Both the position numbers and the translations under genes were made by a program. DNA of 63,745 nucleotides, counting the filler, from Choristocarpus tenellus KU-1152 (Eukaryota > Protista > Phaeophyceae): assembly GCA_964200185.2 (NCBI GenBank). It is 11 parts of 11 records of this genome, joined end to end, with 100 filler letters (N's around TTAATTAATTAA, not from the genome) between each part and the next. Parts side by side here need not be neighbours in the genome. Positions count along the whole stretch, not along the records: positions 12,379 to 19,810 come from CAXNAD020006173.1; positions 19,911 to 22,872 come from CAXNAD020023327.1; positions 22,973 to 30,102 come from CAXNAD020006642.1; 8 more parts are not named here. The stretch is one strand, 5' to 3'. The notes under the pieces are model-generated. The model was not told the origin of the DNA. It did not search any database and was given only the letters and a program-made list of their open reading frames with translations. Of the stretch, positions 12,379 to 24,265 are shown piece by piece; positions within the stretch are counted from its first letter, which is position 1; each line of letters opens with the position of its first letter.

Positions 12379-13796
12379 CTGGAGGAACAATAACTGGTGG
12401 AGAAGTTCCGGGGGTGTTGGTGCAGCCGTTGGGAAAAGGCGGCATCTCTGATTGTTGCGTTGAACAGGTAGATGAGAAAGAAGCATCACAGGGGCGGGGA
12501 GACCCTATTTCCACAAAATCCCACATAGGTTGCGGCGAGGCAACTAGGCAGAAGGAGGACTCAGGCAGGACAAGCTCCTGCACAACCGACAGTTCAACCA
12601 TCTCTAGTAAAGGATTGGTGGGTGTGTCTATGGGAGGCTCTGGGATGGCATCAGAGGTAGGGAGCACCACTGCCACACACTCCTCTGAGGTTACAACTTC
12701 ATCTGTGTACTGTAAAGGTGACAGTGGTGTGAAGTTGACAGAAGGGGCAGCAGGCGAGCCTACAGTTGGGGGTGATTCAGGGAAGGGAGATGTCAGGGGC
12801 GAAAGCAGAAGTAGCAAAGGTGAAAACAAGAGTGGAGGACAATCGAGTGTGACAGAGTGCTTTGCAAGGTTCACTGCACGAGAGGATCTGGGTGCCCGCA
12901 TGTCATGTGACGCATGTGCTGCTCCCATGGCCAAGACAAAGCAGATGTCGTTCTGCTCGCTGCCACGTGTGCTAGTCCTCCATCTCAAGCGATTTGATGC
13001 CCTGGCCGACAAGAAGATAGAGGTGAGCAATGAGATTGCAAGGCGACTGGCAAAGTGGTGTTTGGTGACACTGGAAGGGTTCTGGGGACCAAGAGTTTGA
13101 AGGTCCAGGAGGGTCAGAGGGGGAGCAGCAGTTGGTCATCGCTTTTTGGTGGCGCAATTGTGAGGTTGGGTTCCGCACGCTTTCCTCACATTTCCGCCCT
13201 CCCATCCATAAGGAACACAATCCTTTTGCTTGTTTTCTTCTCTGCCTACTGCCATGACCTGCTTTGTGTGGGTTGGTGATATGCACTGAACAACGCATGC
13301 AGATGTGTACGTTACCTTAAAAACAAGTCCTGAATCTTCGGGTGTTCTTCAACTGATTCCCCTTCCCCCTCCACCTGTCACCCTTTTTCCTCCTTGCCTC
13401 ATCAAACACCTAATGTGGTAGGATTTCGTGAGGTTCCCAGCCAGGGACCTGGATATGGGTAGGTACCTCACAGGTTGGTCGGATGGTGTCCCTAATGCCA
13501 ACAATCCACTGACGAAGGGCGGGGAGGGGAAAGAGGGTGGGGGTGGTGCACCGCCTCCTTTTCTACCATATGACCTTTTTGCTGTGGTGAATCACACAGG
13601 GACAATGTCTCAGGGTCATTACACTGCCTTTGTGAGGGAGGTGGGTCGCTGGTTCAGATTTGACGACACTTGGGTGACTGAGGTGGATGAGGAAGAGGTC
13701 CTAGGCAGCAAGGCCTACATCCTCTTCTACATGAGGAGGGGAGCAGATGTCTCTTGGCGACTGACAGCCTCAGGGGTATCGCAGCTGCCATCATGA
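12379..13796 (+). CDS. Ubiquitin-specific protease (peptidase C19), 3' part; exons <12379-13022, 13422-13796
   Basis: CFARFT..E.L, CxxC, LPRVLVLHLKRF, YDLFAVVNHTG..SQGHYTAFV, WFRFDD, AYILFY (His box); GT-AG intron joins KKIE|DFVRFP. Confidence 0.93.
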
Positions 13797-15689
13797 GGTT
13801 TTGTCACGGGGGTGGATGTGGCAGCAAGTGGTTAATTTCCTTCCCGAAGTTGTGGTTCAACTTGAAAAAGTGCAATCTGTCTGGTGAATTGTGGCAAGAT
13901 TTGAACAGAAGTTGGGTAAGTAATTTGAAGTATGTGAAACTTGGCACCAGGCTCACGGGTAAAGTACTATTAATGCTAGTTCTACAACTGCTATTACTGC
14001 TATTAAGTACTGCTATTACTACTGGTGCGGTAGATTCCTAGGTGACCGTGCTGTGTCATGGGAAGGTTCTTATCCAGAATTTTCCCTCTGTTTTCCTACT
14101 GAGTGTGTTATGATTTACAGCTCGGCCACAGTGTTATTCTCCATACAATTTCGATTAGGGTTAGGGCTAGGCTCCAATAGATGAGCACTGCACCATTCAA
14201 GCAATGGATGAAACAAATGTGATGAAGGCAGGTTGATTATGGGCGGAGTTGGGCCATCACCACCTCATCCATCCTCTCACATTTTTGTAGACTCTTAATT
14301 AAGGCTCAAGATTGCATTGTGATACGCCAGTCAGCCTCTGTATGCAGTGGAGAATTCCAAGAGTCCTTGTTACCTTCCCAGCATAGCACATTCCAAATGC
14401 TGGGTATGGTATGTGGTGCATGGTTTTGTATATGTGTGTGTGATATAGATGGGGTGGTGCTCTTTGTTGATGCCGAATATTAATCTAGGACATTGACATA
14501 AGTTGTTGATTGGGAAAGGGGAGACGTTGAATTGTCAAATTGGTAGGGCTTTTTTTTCCTAACAAAATTTGCCTCACGGTGAAATGGGTACAAGGAAATA
14601 GTGGGGACTGTGACTGTGGCCTTGAAAAAGCTCCTGATTTCCATGCTGAAATATAGCAACCTGGCCATTTTGTTTGTTGTTCGCCATCGTATTTTTGAAG
14701 AAATACATGTGTGCGAAGGAAGGGGTTGTATGTATGTGCGTTTTGGCCTGCCCACCTTGTATCCTTTGCATTGTTGACAGGATACTGATTGAGCTGTTTT
14801 TATTTAGGATTTTTTACTGAAGTATTGGATGATGATTTGAATAAGTAATTTGAAGTTGTGGGTTTTTTCAATATGATTGATTTTAATGTTCACTGGCGTT
14901 GCAGGGGGAAAAAGGAAGGCATTGAACGCATCAGATCTGTATTGCTTACAACAATGGACTCTTGGAGATACAGCTTTCTTTCTGTACTATTTATAAGAAC
15001 ACTTGATGATATGGCTGTTCTTCTCGACTATTCCAATTGTAGCAAGTGCTCGAGTAGCAATTAGAGGATATTATACCTTAAATGAAATATAGTGTAAGAA
15101 TTGTCCAGGTGTTCTATTCTTGTGGTCAAAAGGTGTGTTGTTTCTCACATGTTGGTGGGGGTATAAGTTAGCATTCTCGGTATGTTGCTAAGTCCATCCC
15201 AACTTGATAATAAACTTTGATTGTCATGGGACAAAGTTAGTACAGTGTACGAATGAAAACGTAGTGCGGAAGAGGAAAGGTAATTGACACAAGAAGACAA
15301 AAACCAGATGAGGGGGGAAAGAGCGGTAGTAATGTATGAAAAAATTTCAAGTAGCAAAGAGGAGGGTATAGGTCAAGACCTCGAGACTACTCTCTAGGGT
15401 CCAGCCCAGCAGCAGAGAACAGAACACCATCAGTTCCGCCAGTATCACCAAGCAATGAAGTCCTAATTTATCAGGAGAAAGGAATTCGGTGACGTATCTG
15501 GCCCATCCATCCGAATACAGCACGTCACACACCACAAAGAAAGAAAAAAAATGCCCAGAAAAGATCAAGAAAACAGTCCAAAAACACTCCGTAGTGAGTG
15601 TCATCGTCATCTATTCAATAAATTGCCCTAGCTGCTGCTTTCGCATGGATGAACTGCAGCTATCATAGCTTCTTTGGCATTCCAAGTGT

Positions 15690-16300
15690 TCATGAAGTGT
15701 TTGGCTCCATCAGGCATATACTGTGTGTACTACCTGTTGGGTCGATTTCCTGCAGTCCTTGAGTGCCACCCTGCAACCGTGCCCCCAAGGTGCTCAAGGT
15801 CTTCTTTCAGGCATGCCCACCAGTACTCCTCCAGTTCACCATTCCTCCGTTTCCCATCCGTAAGCTCCCCGAACATGGACTCCTTGGGAAGTGGTTCATC
15901 CCCTATGAGTGCAACTGACTTTGCAATGAGGAGCATCCGTTTCCCGAGAGTAACCTTGACACCGTGACACTTCAAGGCCAGGATTTTTTTTAATGCCACG
16001 ATCCGCACCCTCCCGTTTTCGGAATCCAATGCAGTGCAGTAGAAGTTTGGCTGTGGTGGTGTGGGAACGGGATTTGGTCCATGGTAGTAGCCCCTGCGAA
16101 GTGTCCATGTCACACAACAATATACTGTGTCGAAGTAACAGGACCTACCCCAATCAAGGAAGTGCTCCAGCCTTGAGCATTTGGATCTTTGTTTGACATA
16201 CGTGATACACCTATGGCTCGGCCATAAGCAGATGTAAGATAGTTGACTGTACCTACTTGCATTACCCCAGGCGTTTGTATCCACTGATTGATCACCGTTG
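15690..16300 (-). mobile_element. Degenerate RTE-like non-LTR retrotransposon, 3' end of ORF
   Basis: YCCVTWTL and LPKESMFGEL..GKR..G..EEYWWACLKEDL match the post-RT region of RTE-clade LINEs. Confidence 0.7.
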
Positions 16301-17639
16301 TGATATCAGCAGCACCGTTGCTGGCGGTGCCTCCAACAAGGCAAATAACTACTTGTTATAGCTCCGGGCAAAACCCTGGGTTTGTTGTGTCTGCTGCTTG
16401 CAGCTGTCCTGGGAGGTCGGAGCCAAATAGTTCCTGGCATCAGCTCAGACAATAGATATATCATCACTTATTTGGAATGGGAACAACAGAAAGATTTCTT
16501 TATGAGATGTTATGAAGTATTCCCATCAACCCATAATTGTAATATTACAGATAATAGGTAATAATGGAGGAGATCAAGTGCATATTTTTTAGAGCTTTTC
16601 TTTTCACGCACCACCACCCTTTTCCATAACAGGATACGAGAACATATTTGATAGTGCGTGTGCCTTTACTTTCGCAGCTCTGGCTGCGACACCCAACAAC
16701 AACAGAACAACAACCACTAATTTAATGATTCGCAGTACGTAATACGTTCGAGCTTTCTAGTAACACGTAGTATCATTTCAAGGATTTTACACCCACTGAC
16801 ATCTTGCGCAGACACATGTTGCCCATGATGTCGAAACGAGAACAGCGTATTACTACTATTATTAAAAATATTTTTGTGATATTCCAGATCAGGTTTGGTG
16901 TGGAGTGTGGCGCACATACGTCTTGTGCTTTTTCCACATTACACCAGATTTCCTTGCTCTCCACATTGTACTCGGAAGAAGTACTACACGCAACACTAAT
17001 ATTGTCGAGAATGTCAACTAACTGCTGAACCACACCTTTGGTTCCAGCGGGATAGAGGGTGCTGTTTTTTTTCGTGCCATTCGCACACTAAACCCTAACC
17101 CTATCTTAAAACAGTGATTCCCGCATATGCCCTAAAACCAACATCATCTACATCACATAGAACATATATATATATATATATATATATATTAATGGGCGTC
17201 TGTTCCACTTCAGGAATATTCGTCGTTGAAGAACTAGCTCATCCATAACAATAGCGATATGAAGAGATAATGAGGGGAAGGTAGAAGAGTAGATTGTACA
17301 AAGAAGAGGTAACTCGTATCTCATTCAAACAGATCATCATACAGACTAGAGGCTCTTCTTCTAGTATTTTCTATACTACCATAAATATATGCATGATGAT
17401 GGGGCAATAGTTACTGCACGCAAGTTGACTACTGGTATTTACTTAGTAGTAATAAATTCTACTAGAACTACGCAATATATATTACATAATACTATTTTAA
17501 TATATGTGCACTTTGAAGTAATATAATTCCTGTCTGTATCCAATAAGTCTACGATTTTAAGGGTGAAACTTCTTGAGATGAACTCCAATAAAAAATGTTT
17601 TCTTACGTTGGATTTCTTAATGCTTTTTATGTGAAAAGT

Positions 17640-18470
17640 CATTCTTTGTTGCTTTTCTTTGTGTCCATCAATCCACCCATCTACCGTCCTTTCGAAAGCC
17701 CCTATATCAATTGTGACTGATTTTGGCAGACTTACATCACACTGCCTCTTCTTAGTTCTGGTGTGCTGCACCTCAAAATCGTTACCCCCTAGCGCCTTCA
17801 AAACTTGATTGTACTGTCTAAAGAGGCTTTGCCATACCCTCTCTAAAGTAGCTGCGTCGTACGTGCTATAAATGCTCATTTCCTCGTTCGCAATGTTGTC
17901 CATCGTACCGTAACACTCCCTCCAAACTCCACTTTTTACGGATGTAAACAACCCCATACCGTAGATATTGAGTACAGGTGACTGTGCAGGCTGCATTACG
18001 ATCTTGACTTTCCACCCCCCCTTCCTCCTGGCTTCGTTGAGCTGCCCCGGCTTGTCTTTTCTCATATGGGAGGTTACTCCGTCCTGCTGCAAGACCACCT
18101 CCTCACCTTTCAACCACGGCATTTTTTCCTTCAATGCGGGGAGAAAAGTCTCCATGTACCACTCCCAGTACCACTCGGCGTTGATGTTCACATTGAAATT
18201 GTACTGCTGCCCCCTCTCACAGCGGGCCGAATTTCTCTGTGCCAGCTTGATCACGCAAACACGCCAGATTCCGATCTTGCTGTCGAAGTCACGGGAAGGA
18301 TCTGGGTGCAAAATGGCGCATATGAATATCACCCTAGGAATGTGACTCTTGTGCTATACCTTGGTGGAGGCCACCCTTTCCTCTCCGAGAAACATGCGGA
18401 TGCGCTCCCCGTAACGGATGGGGTAGAACCATGCTTCATTGATATGAATTGTACTGAGGTCGCTTTTGTA
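17640..18470 (-). pseudogene. Mariner/Tc1 transposase pseudogene, DD39D (plant-type mariner)-like
   Basis: HINEAWFY (HIDEKWF), KV*HKSHIPRVIF, KIGIW, LQQDG, QPAQSPVLN (QPxNSPDLN); in-frame TAG at 18354-18356. Confidence 0.85.
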
Positions 18471-19164
18471 ATTGATCTTTGTGCAAAATAGGAGAATAGT
18501 GAGGTGTACCTTATTTTGTGTATGAGAGATGTAACTAATGAGATAGTACATGCAGATTATGAATGGGATTACGTATTGTTTATTATTCTGCATTCAACTA
18601 CTTTGATATAATAATTATAAAACAAGCAATGAGAAGACACCTCACAAAGGCCACTCTTCTAATTTCAATCATGTAATCGCGTTCAGCAATGGGGAACCGT
18701 ATGAGGCTTCACACCTTCTTGTCTTCACTACAGATAAATAGCATTACCTCCCAAGGTAAATTGCACAATCTTGTCCAAAAAATCAATGAAAAATAACAGA
18801 ACTCTTTGCGTCATATCATAACGGTGAGTGTACCTGCATAGTTTAAAGGTATCCATATGAGATTAACAGCATCAATGGAAAGAAAGAGATATGTATCCAC
18901 ATTTCCCATCGCACATCACCATTGTCACTATGGAAGTAAATGTAGTCAATGAATTGACAGTATGCCGATTTTGAGGACAAAAGATTTCCGCTAACCTTAT
19001 ATGGTAGTCCTATCCAGATGTGTCATGCGTTTAATCCTGGAGGCACCAGGGAGATAGGCAAGGAGAGGTTTGTTAGATTCGTGGGATGTTTCCCTAGCCC
19101 CTCACCCTGGGGTGTAGGGCTAAGCTAGGTTAGAGGCACAGGAAGGGAGTGGTGTAGCATAGCT

Positions 19165-19582
19165 GGTAGTAAAATAGAAAATAGACTAATGTCTTTCACA
19201 TTCATGACAGCTGTTACATTTTTAGGGGTTATTCTGACATGTGAATAATTTTCATTGGTTTTTACCCAGACACATCTCCGAAATGTCAGAGGGCAAATAA
19301 TAAAATATGGAAGGATCAGCAGATCAGTAGGAAGTTGTAACTTGTGCCATCAATATCCCTGTTTACCAATGACGAAATATATTCAATACTTCATATCATC
19401 GTCAGTTTCTTTCATAGTCACAACATTCCACTAACTCCATATACTTTATTTTTATAATGCCCTCTTTATATTTTGCAGATATGTCAGGGGAAAAACCAAT
19501 GACAAACCATTCAAATGTCAGAACCCCTAAAAAAATAACAGTTGTCGTAATGTGAAAGACATACTTCTATCATCTATTTACC
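19165..19582. mobile_element. MITE with imperfect TIRs of about 100-120 bp
   Basis: 19189-19284 (atgtctttcacatt...ttaggggtt..ctgacat...cattggttttt) is the inverse of 19471-19562. Confidence 0.8.
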
Positions 19583-19910
19583 ATATCAGTATTAGCCATC
19601 ATACAGTTTTTTGGAGAGGTATATTATCCATTTACGACAAATGTTGCTTTTACAAGGTTCCCTGTATTATTGGCTTGGGTTTTTCCCTTACAACAGCTGA
19701 TCACCAAAATTGAGGATGGAGCATTTTATGGAGGATGAGCGAGACCCGGGATGGTGCGCGGAAAGTGCCCATATGTTTTTTTTTTGTAAATGTTGCGGTA
19801 CTTTTGAAGGNNNNNNNNNNNNNNNNNNNNNNNNNNNNNNNNNNNNNNNNNNNNTTAATTAATTAANNNNNNNNNNNNNNNNNNNNNNNNNNNNNNNNNN
19901 NNNNNNNNNN

Positions 19911-20117
19911 AAGTTAATAATATAATACGACGGCGAAAGGTGTGCCCGGAGCGAGGATACCAAACAAAACTTGCTAAACAAAACAAAAAAAAACCCGTTG
20001 CGGTGGGCCAAGGTTACGTCAAAAACCGCGACATTGGACTCACGACCCCAAACGGACGCGGCCCTACCCCTACCCCTAACCCTAACCCTAACCCCCTACC
20101 CTCTCAAACGATTTGAT
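19911..20117 (+). mobile_element. MITE family A, degenerate truncated copy containing (CCCTAA)n
   Basis: aaggtgtgcccgga...acattgga...cggacgcggccctaccc similar to 4280-4400. Confidence 0.55.
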
Positions 20118-20476
20118 TCTGGTTTTTAGTGAGACGGGCCTTGGACGCTTGCGTGGGTGTTCATGTGCGTCTGAAATATTCTTTTAATTATATTCTTCAA
20201 TTCTCTGTAGTAGGCACCACCGAGATATATTGTTCGGCTAGCGCTCTATTGTAACGGCTCTGTAGTTGGTACGTCGACGAACGAACTCTGAGCGTAAGTT
20301 CACTATGTGAGCACGCAGGGCGCAGAGAGTTGGGGGGTGGTGAACACACGAGTAATTCTTAGTTTCAAAGGGGTTTTTTTAAACACGTTATGCGCTTTCA
20401 AATATGATGTCCTATCCGCTGTCAGACCAAACTTGAAAATATCTCGTTCCAACCCACATACACATACAAACATACG

Positions 20477-20544
20477 TACATACATACATACATACATACA
20501 TACATACATACATACATACATACATACATACATACATACATACA
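20477..20544. repeat. (TACA)17 microsatellite
   Basis: Direct reading. Confidence 0.95.
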
Positions 20545-20838
20545 CACATCACTTTTCCACTTTCCACCATTCTGCCTCACTTTCTCGCTCTCACCGAACC
20601 TCTCCTCATTCCCCTCCGTCAATGGTTGAGCTTGTTGTCTCAACAGTTCCTCATTTTATTTATGCAACTTCCACTCTTTTTTATTCTTTTATTATTAATT
20701 TTATTTTTTTTTCATATATATATATATATATATATATATTATCCTACTTCAGAATATACCTCAGACCGTGAGGATGTGAAACCTCTTCTCTCAAGACTTA
20801 AAGTAGTGTCAAGACAATGAAACAACACAAACACACAA

Positions 20839-20903
<65 letters not shown>

Positions 20904-21015
20904 TTTTTTTTATTTCATCCCCTTCCCCCTCCCTATTGACTGACGCCTCCCATCCAACCTTGCCGCCCACTGCATTACGACATGCATTCCTTCGACATTA
21001 AAAAAAAATACTTAG

Positions 21016-21540
21016 CGGGTGCTCCGTGGCCGCCGGGGGCGAATCTTCGCCCGGCGCTGGGCCCTCAAGCGGGCAGAGATTGAGGCCCTCAAGGCCGTCA
21101 TGCACGAGGCTGCCACAAACATACAGAAGGCATACAGGGGGTACTTGGGTCGTGTTGGGGCATCAGAGGTGAGAAGGGGTGTTGTGATTGGTGTCCATCC
21201 TCTGTCCTACCCATTAATGGCGACTATTGTGCCTGACACAGTCTGCTTACCTCAACCTCATGTACGAGTCGTGCTACCTCCACATCCCCTTCACCCTTCC
21301 TTTTTTAATGCCTCAAGTGATTATGTGTGTTCCCCTCCCCTCCCCTCCCCCCCCCAACAAAAAAAAACAAAAAAACAAAAAAACAAAAAAACAATACTAT
21401 TATCTTTTGTTGCGTCTCCTCTCTTGCTCGTCTAAGAGCGTTGTCAAAAACAATTTGAGGTTAGGGAGGCTAGGGTGTCACTGGGCTTTGGGGAGGGCTC
21501 TGGAGCACACAAGCACATGCATTGCTTTTATGTGCAACAG

Positions 21541-21572
<32 letters not shown>

Positions 21573-22032
21573 GAGAATTAAAATCACCTCCTTGATGTGC
21601 TAGGATGGAAGTCCTCCCACGGCCGCCCTTGGCATCATCGCGCCCCCCTTTGCTCCACCTATCATAGTGCCAAGCATGCAGTTACCGATAAAAGCAGACA
21701 AAGCGCCTCTCCCAAATCAACGATGATCGCGCAATGTAACTAACACCTCTCCCAAATCAATGATGATCGCACACAATGTAACTAACACCTCTCCCAAATC
21801 AATGATGATAACACGTGATGACGCCTCACTGCGACCTGTCTCGACCCTTTTCCAGGTGCGCATGGAGCTGGCCGAGTACATCACGGGCCTGCGCCTGAAG
21901 GAGGCGCAGGCAGACATGCAAGAATACCGGGACACGCACGAGTTCGTCCTCACAAAGGCCAGGTGGAAGAAGAGGCTGGTGCAGACCGTGGGAAAGCCCA
22001 TCATGGCCATGAGAGGAAAGAAGCTGGAGTGA
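21016..22032 (+). CDS. IQ-motif (calmodulin-binding) protein, last two exons 21016-21168, 21856-22032
   Basis: AATNIQKAYRGYLGR IQ motif; GC-rich codons; phase-0 GT-AG intron. Confidence 0.75.
21706..21810. repeat. Intronic tandem repeat, 40-42 bp unit x about 2.5
   Basis: cctctcccaaatcaa(c/t)gatgatcgc..aatgtaactaaca units. Confidence 0.9.
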
Positions 22033-22827
22033 CCCATGTCAGTCACAGGTCTCTTTATTATTATTCTTATCACCAGAGGGCGGAAAAGACAGGAACGGCT
22101 TTAGCTCACACACACCCCTGCAGGCCTACCATGAGACAGACTGCAAGCGCTCCGTGGCGCTCCGTGGCGCTTGCGAAACATCGCCAACAGAACGTTTCGG
22201 GTAGCAGTTGAGATGAGAGTCTCACGACAGGGAGCCCACACTTCCTTGCCACGCCTTGCGGAGCAGGGTTTCCAATACTCAAGGCTTTCTTGTACTGGAA
22301 ATGAAAACGCTGCGGTGGTACAGGGGCCAATTCATTCAACTACCTCGATTTTATTTTTTAAACCAATTTTATTTTTGACCATCCTGGAAAAAATGCCAGC
22401 GTGCCGTAGTACCTAGGTGGAATGTTTTTTGTTGTTATTGTTATTATTGTTGTTGTTGTGTGTGTGTGTGTGTGTGTGTGCGTGCGTGTTTTTTTTTTTG
22501 TCATTTGTGTTCCTTCCAGAACGCATTGATTATATATATATATATATTTATTTATTCTTAATGCGTCCAGAATCTCTCCCTTCCCTCCTCCCCTCAAATC
22601 CAGACAAAAAAAATAAAATAAAGCAGTGAGAGATGGGGCGCAGCAGTGGGGGAGGGGGACACTGCAGCGGCAGGGGGGTGTCATTTACCGGTACTTTCAC
22701 AGTGAATAGTACTTTCACAGTGAATGCCAAAATCAGCAAACACGATCTTTCAACAGACCCCAACGAAGTGTCCTCCGTGGTTGATAGCACCCCCCCCCCC
22801 CCCCCCCCCCCCCCCCCCGCGCGCTGC

Positions 22828-22872
<45 letters not shown>

Positions 22873-23094
22873 NNNNNNNNNNNNNNNNNNNNNNNNNNNN
22901 NNNNNNNNNNNNNNNNTTAATTAATTAANNNNNNNNNNNNNNNNNNNNNNNNNNNNNNNNNNNNNNNNNNNNCAAGCCTTCATAAGCTCTTGTCATAAGC
23001 TTTCGTTTGATATATGTTGTTTAATTCTTGCGGTGATAAGGTGATAAAAACCAAGATTGCCACAGAGGGCAAAGCTACTGGTACCACCTTAGTT

Positions 23095-23233
23095 TAAATG
23101 TGTACATTATGAAAAGTTGTGTCCGGAACAAGGATGTTGACACTTCCTAACAAACACAATAGCCAAAATTGCATCAGAATCACAACATTTGATTTTGGTT
23201 CCAAAATGGACGCAGCCCTACCCTCTTGGATAC
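23095..23233 (+). mobile_element. MITE family A, partial copy
   Basis: attatgaaaag..gtgtccggaacaaggat...aaatggacgcagccctaccctcttggatac. Confidence 0.75.
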
Positions 23234-24265
23234 AAAGAATTTCTTGCTTTGTAGGGGGTTAGACGAGGAGTGACGCCACAGCTCGGTCAACAATTTGTTG
23301 CTACTACCACTTACTGTCTTCTCACATCTATTCAGAGATATGGTACCTGGTGTCGCTGAGTCATTGCTTTGTGTTCTTCAAAAAAGATTTCTCATAAAAT
23401 ATCAACTGAGGACTTTGTGCAGTGTAGTTCAAGTTTCGGGATTAACAAACCTGACAAAAGTGTTCTCACGGTTTTGGGAGGAAGTGTGCCTAGAGTAGCA
23501 AAAGAGAAGCACCCGCTGTTTTAAGTTGGGTGGAATTCCTGGTCGTGTAGTGCACGTTGCTCTGTTCTGCAAGAAGGCATCACCATTTCCAAAATGCCTA
23601 AAATTAGGTCCCCAGAAGCTGTGCCTATTTGGAGATAGCATCAGGGGCATCGATCAAGCCATCCAGTCACACCTTTCCATTACCAGGCGCCAGGTATAAT
23701 CACCCCAGTCAAGCCAAATTAAGCTCTGGTCAAAGCAAATGTATCACATTATCTCTTTAATTCTATAGCAGCACAGCATCACACTGCAGACCACTTGCAC
23801 TAAACTATACTCCATGCTAGTACCATTGATAGTCCTCCTAGAGGACTACTTCCTCTAATAAATGCTTTCAGAAGTGGCATTTTGTTTCTGGTGTTGAAGA
23901 CCTGAGACAAATACAGAGCAACCCTGGTCCCAGACATGGACAGCACACCACTTGGTTTTTCCTGTGCGAGAAGAGACTGTAGAGCCAATAACTGGGAACC
24001 CAAGGACCACAAGCCTTGGCCACCTAAAAAACCTCTGTTTCTTCAATCAGGGGTCCACCTCAAGATCTCATCTCATTAAGTCTCTGCATACATCCCCACT
24101 CCCAGTTCCTCACAAAGTAGAGACCCTGCCTTATTGTGCTTCTCATCCGGGGGGTGGGAATGGGTACACATTACCATTACCAACCTTTTCATAAAGACAA
24201 TGACCAGCAACACCCTCCATTAAAGCATTCATTCGGGCACACACTGCAATCCTGTCGTGATCAAA

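Noticed and set aside
12323-13030. Antisense ORFs over real exons (also 45294-45875, 53157-53591)
   Set aside because: Shadow frames of purine-rich coding strands
20303-20771. ORFs with MYVC/HTYI repeats
   Set aside because: Translations of the (TACA)n microsatellite
21706-21810. CRISPR-like repeat array
   Set aside because: Units are head-to-tail without unique spacers and lie in a eukaryotic intron
22790-22872. Poly-C plus poly-A tail as a retrocopy end or poly-Pro/Lys protein
   Set aside because: Contig-end homopolymers, likely low-quality sequence
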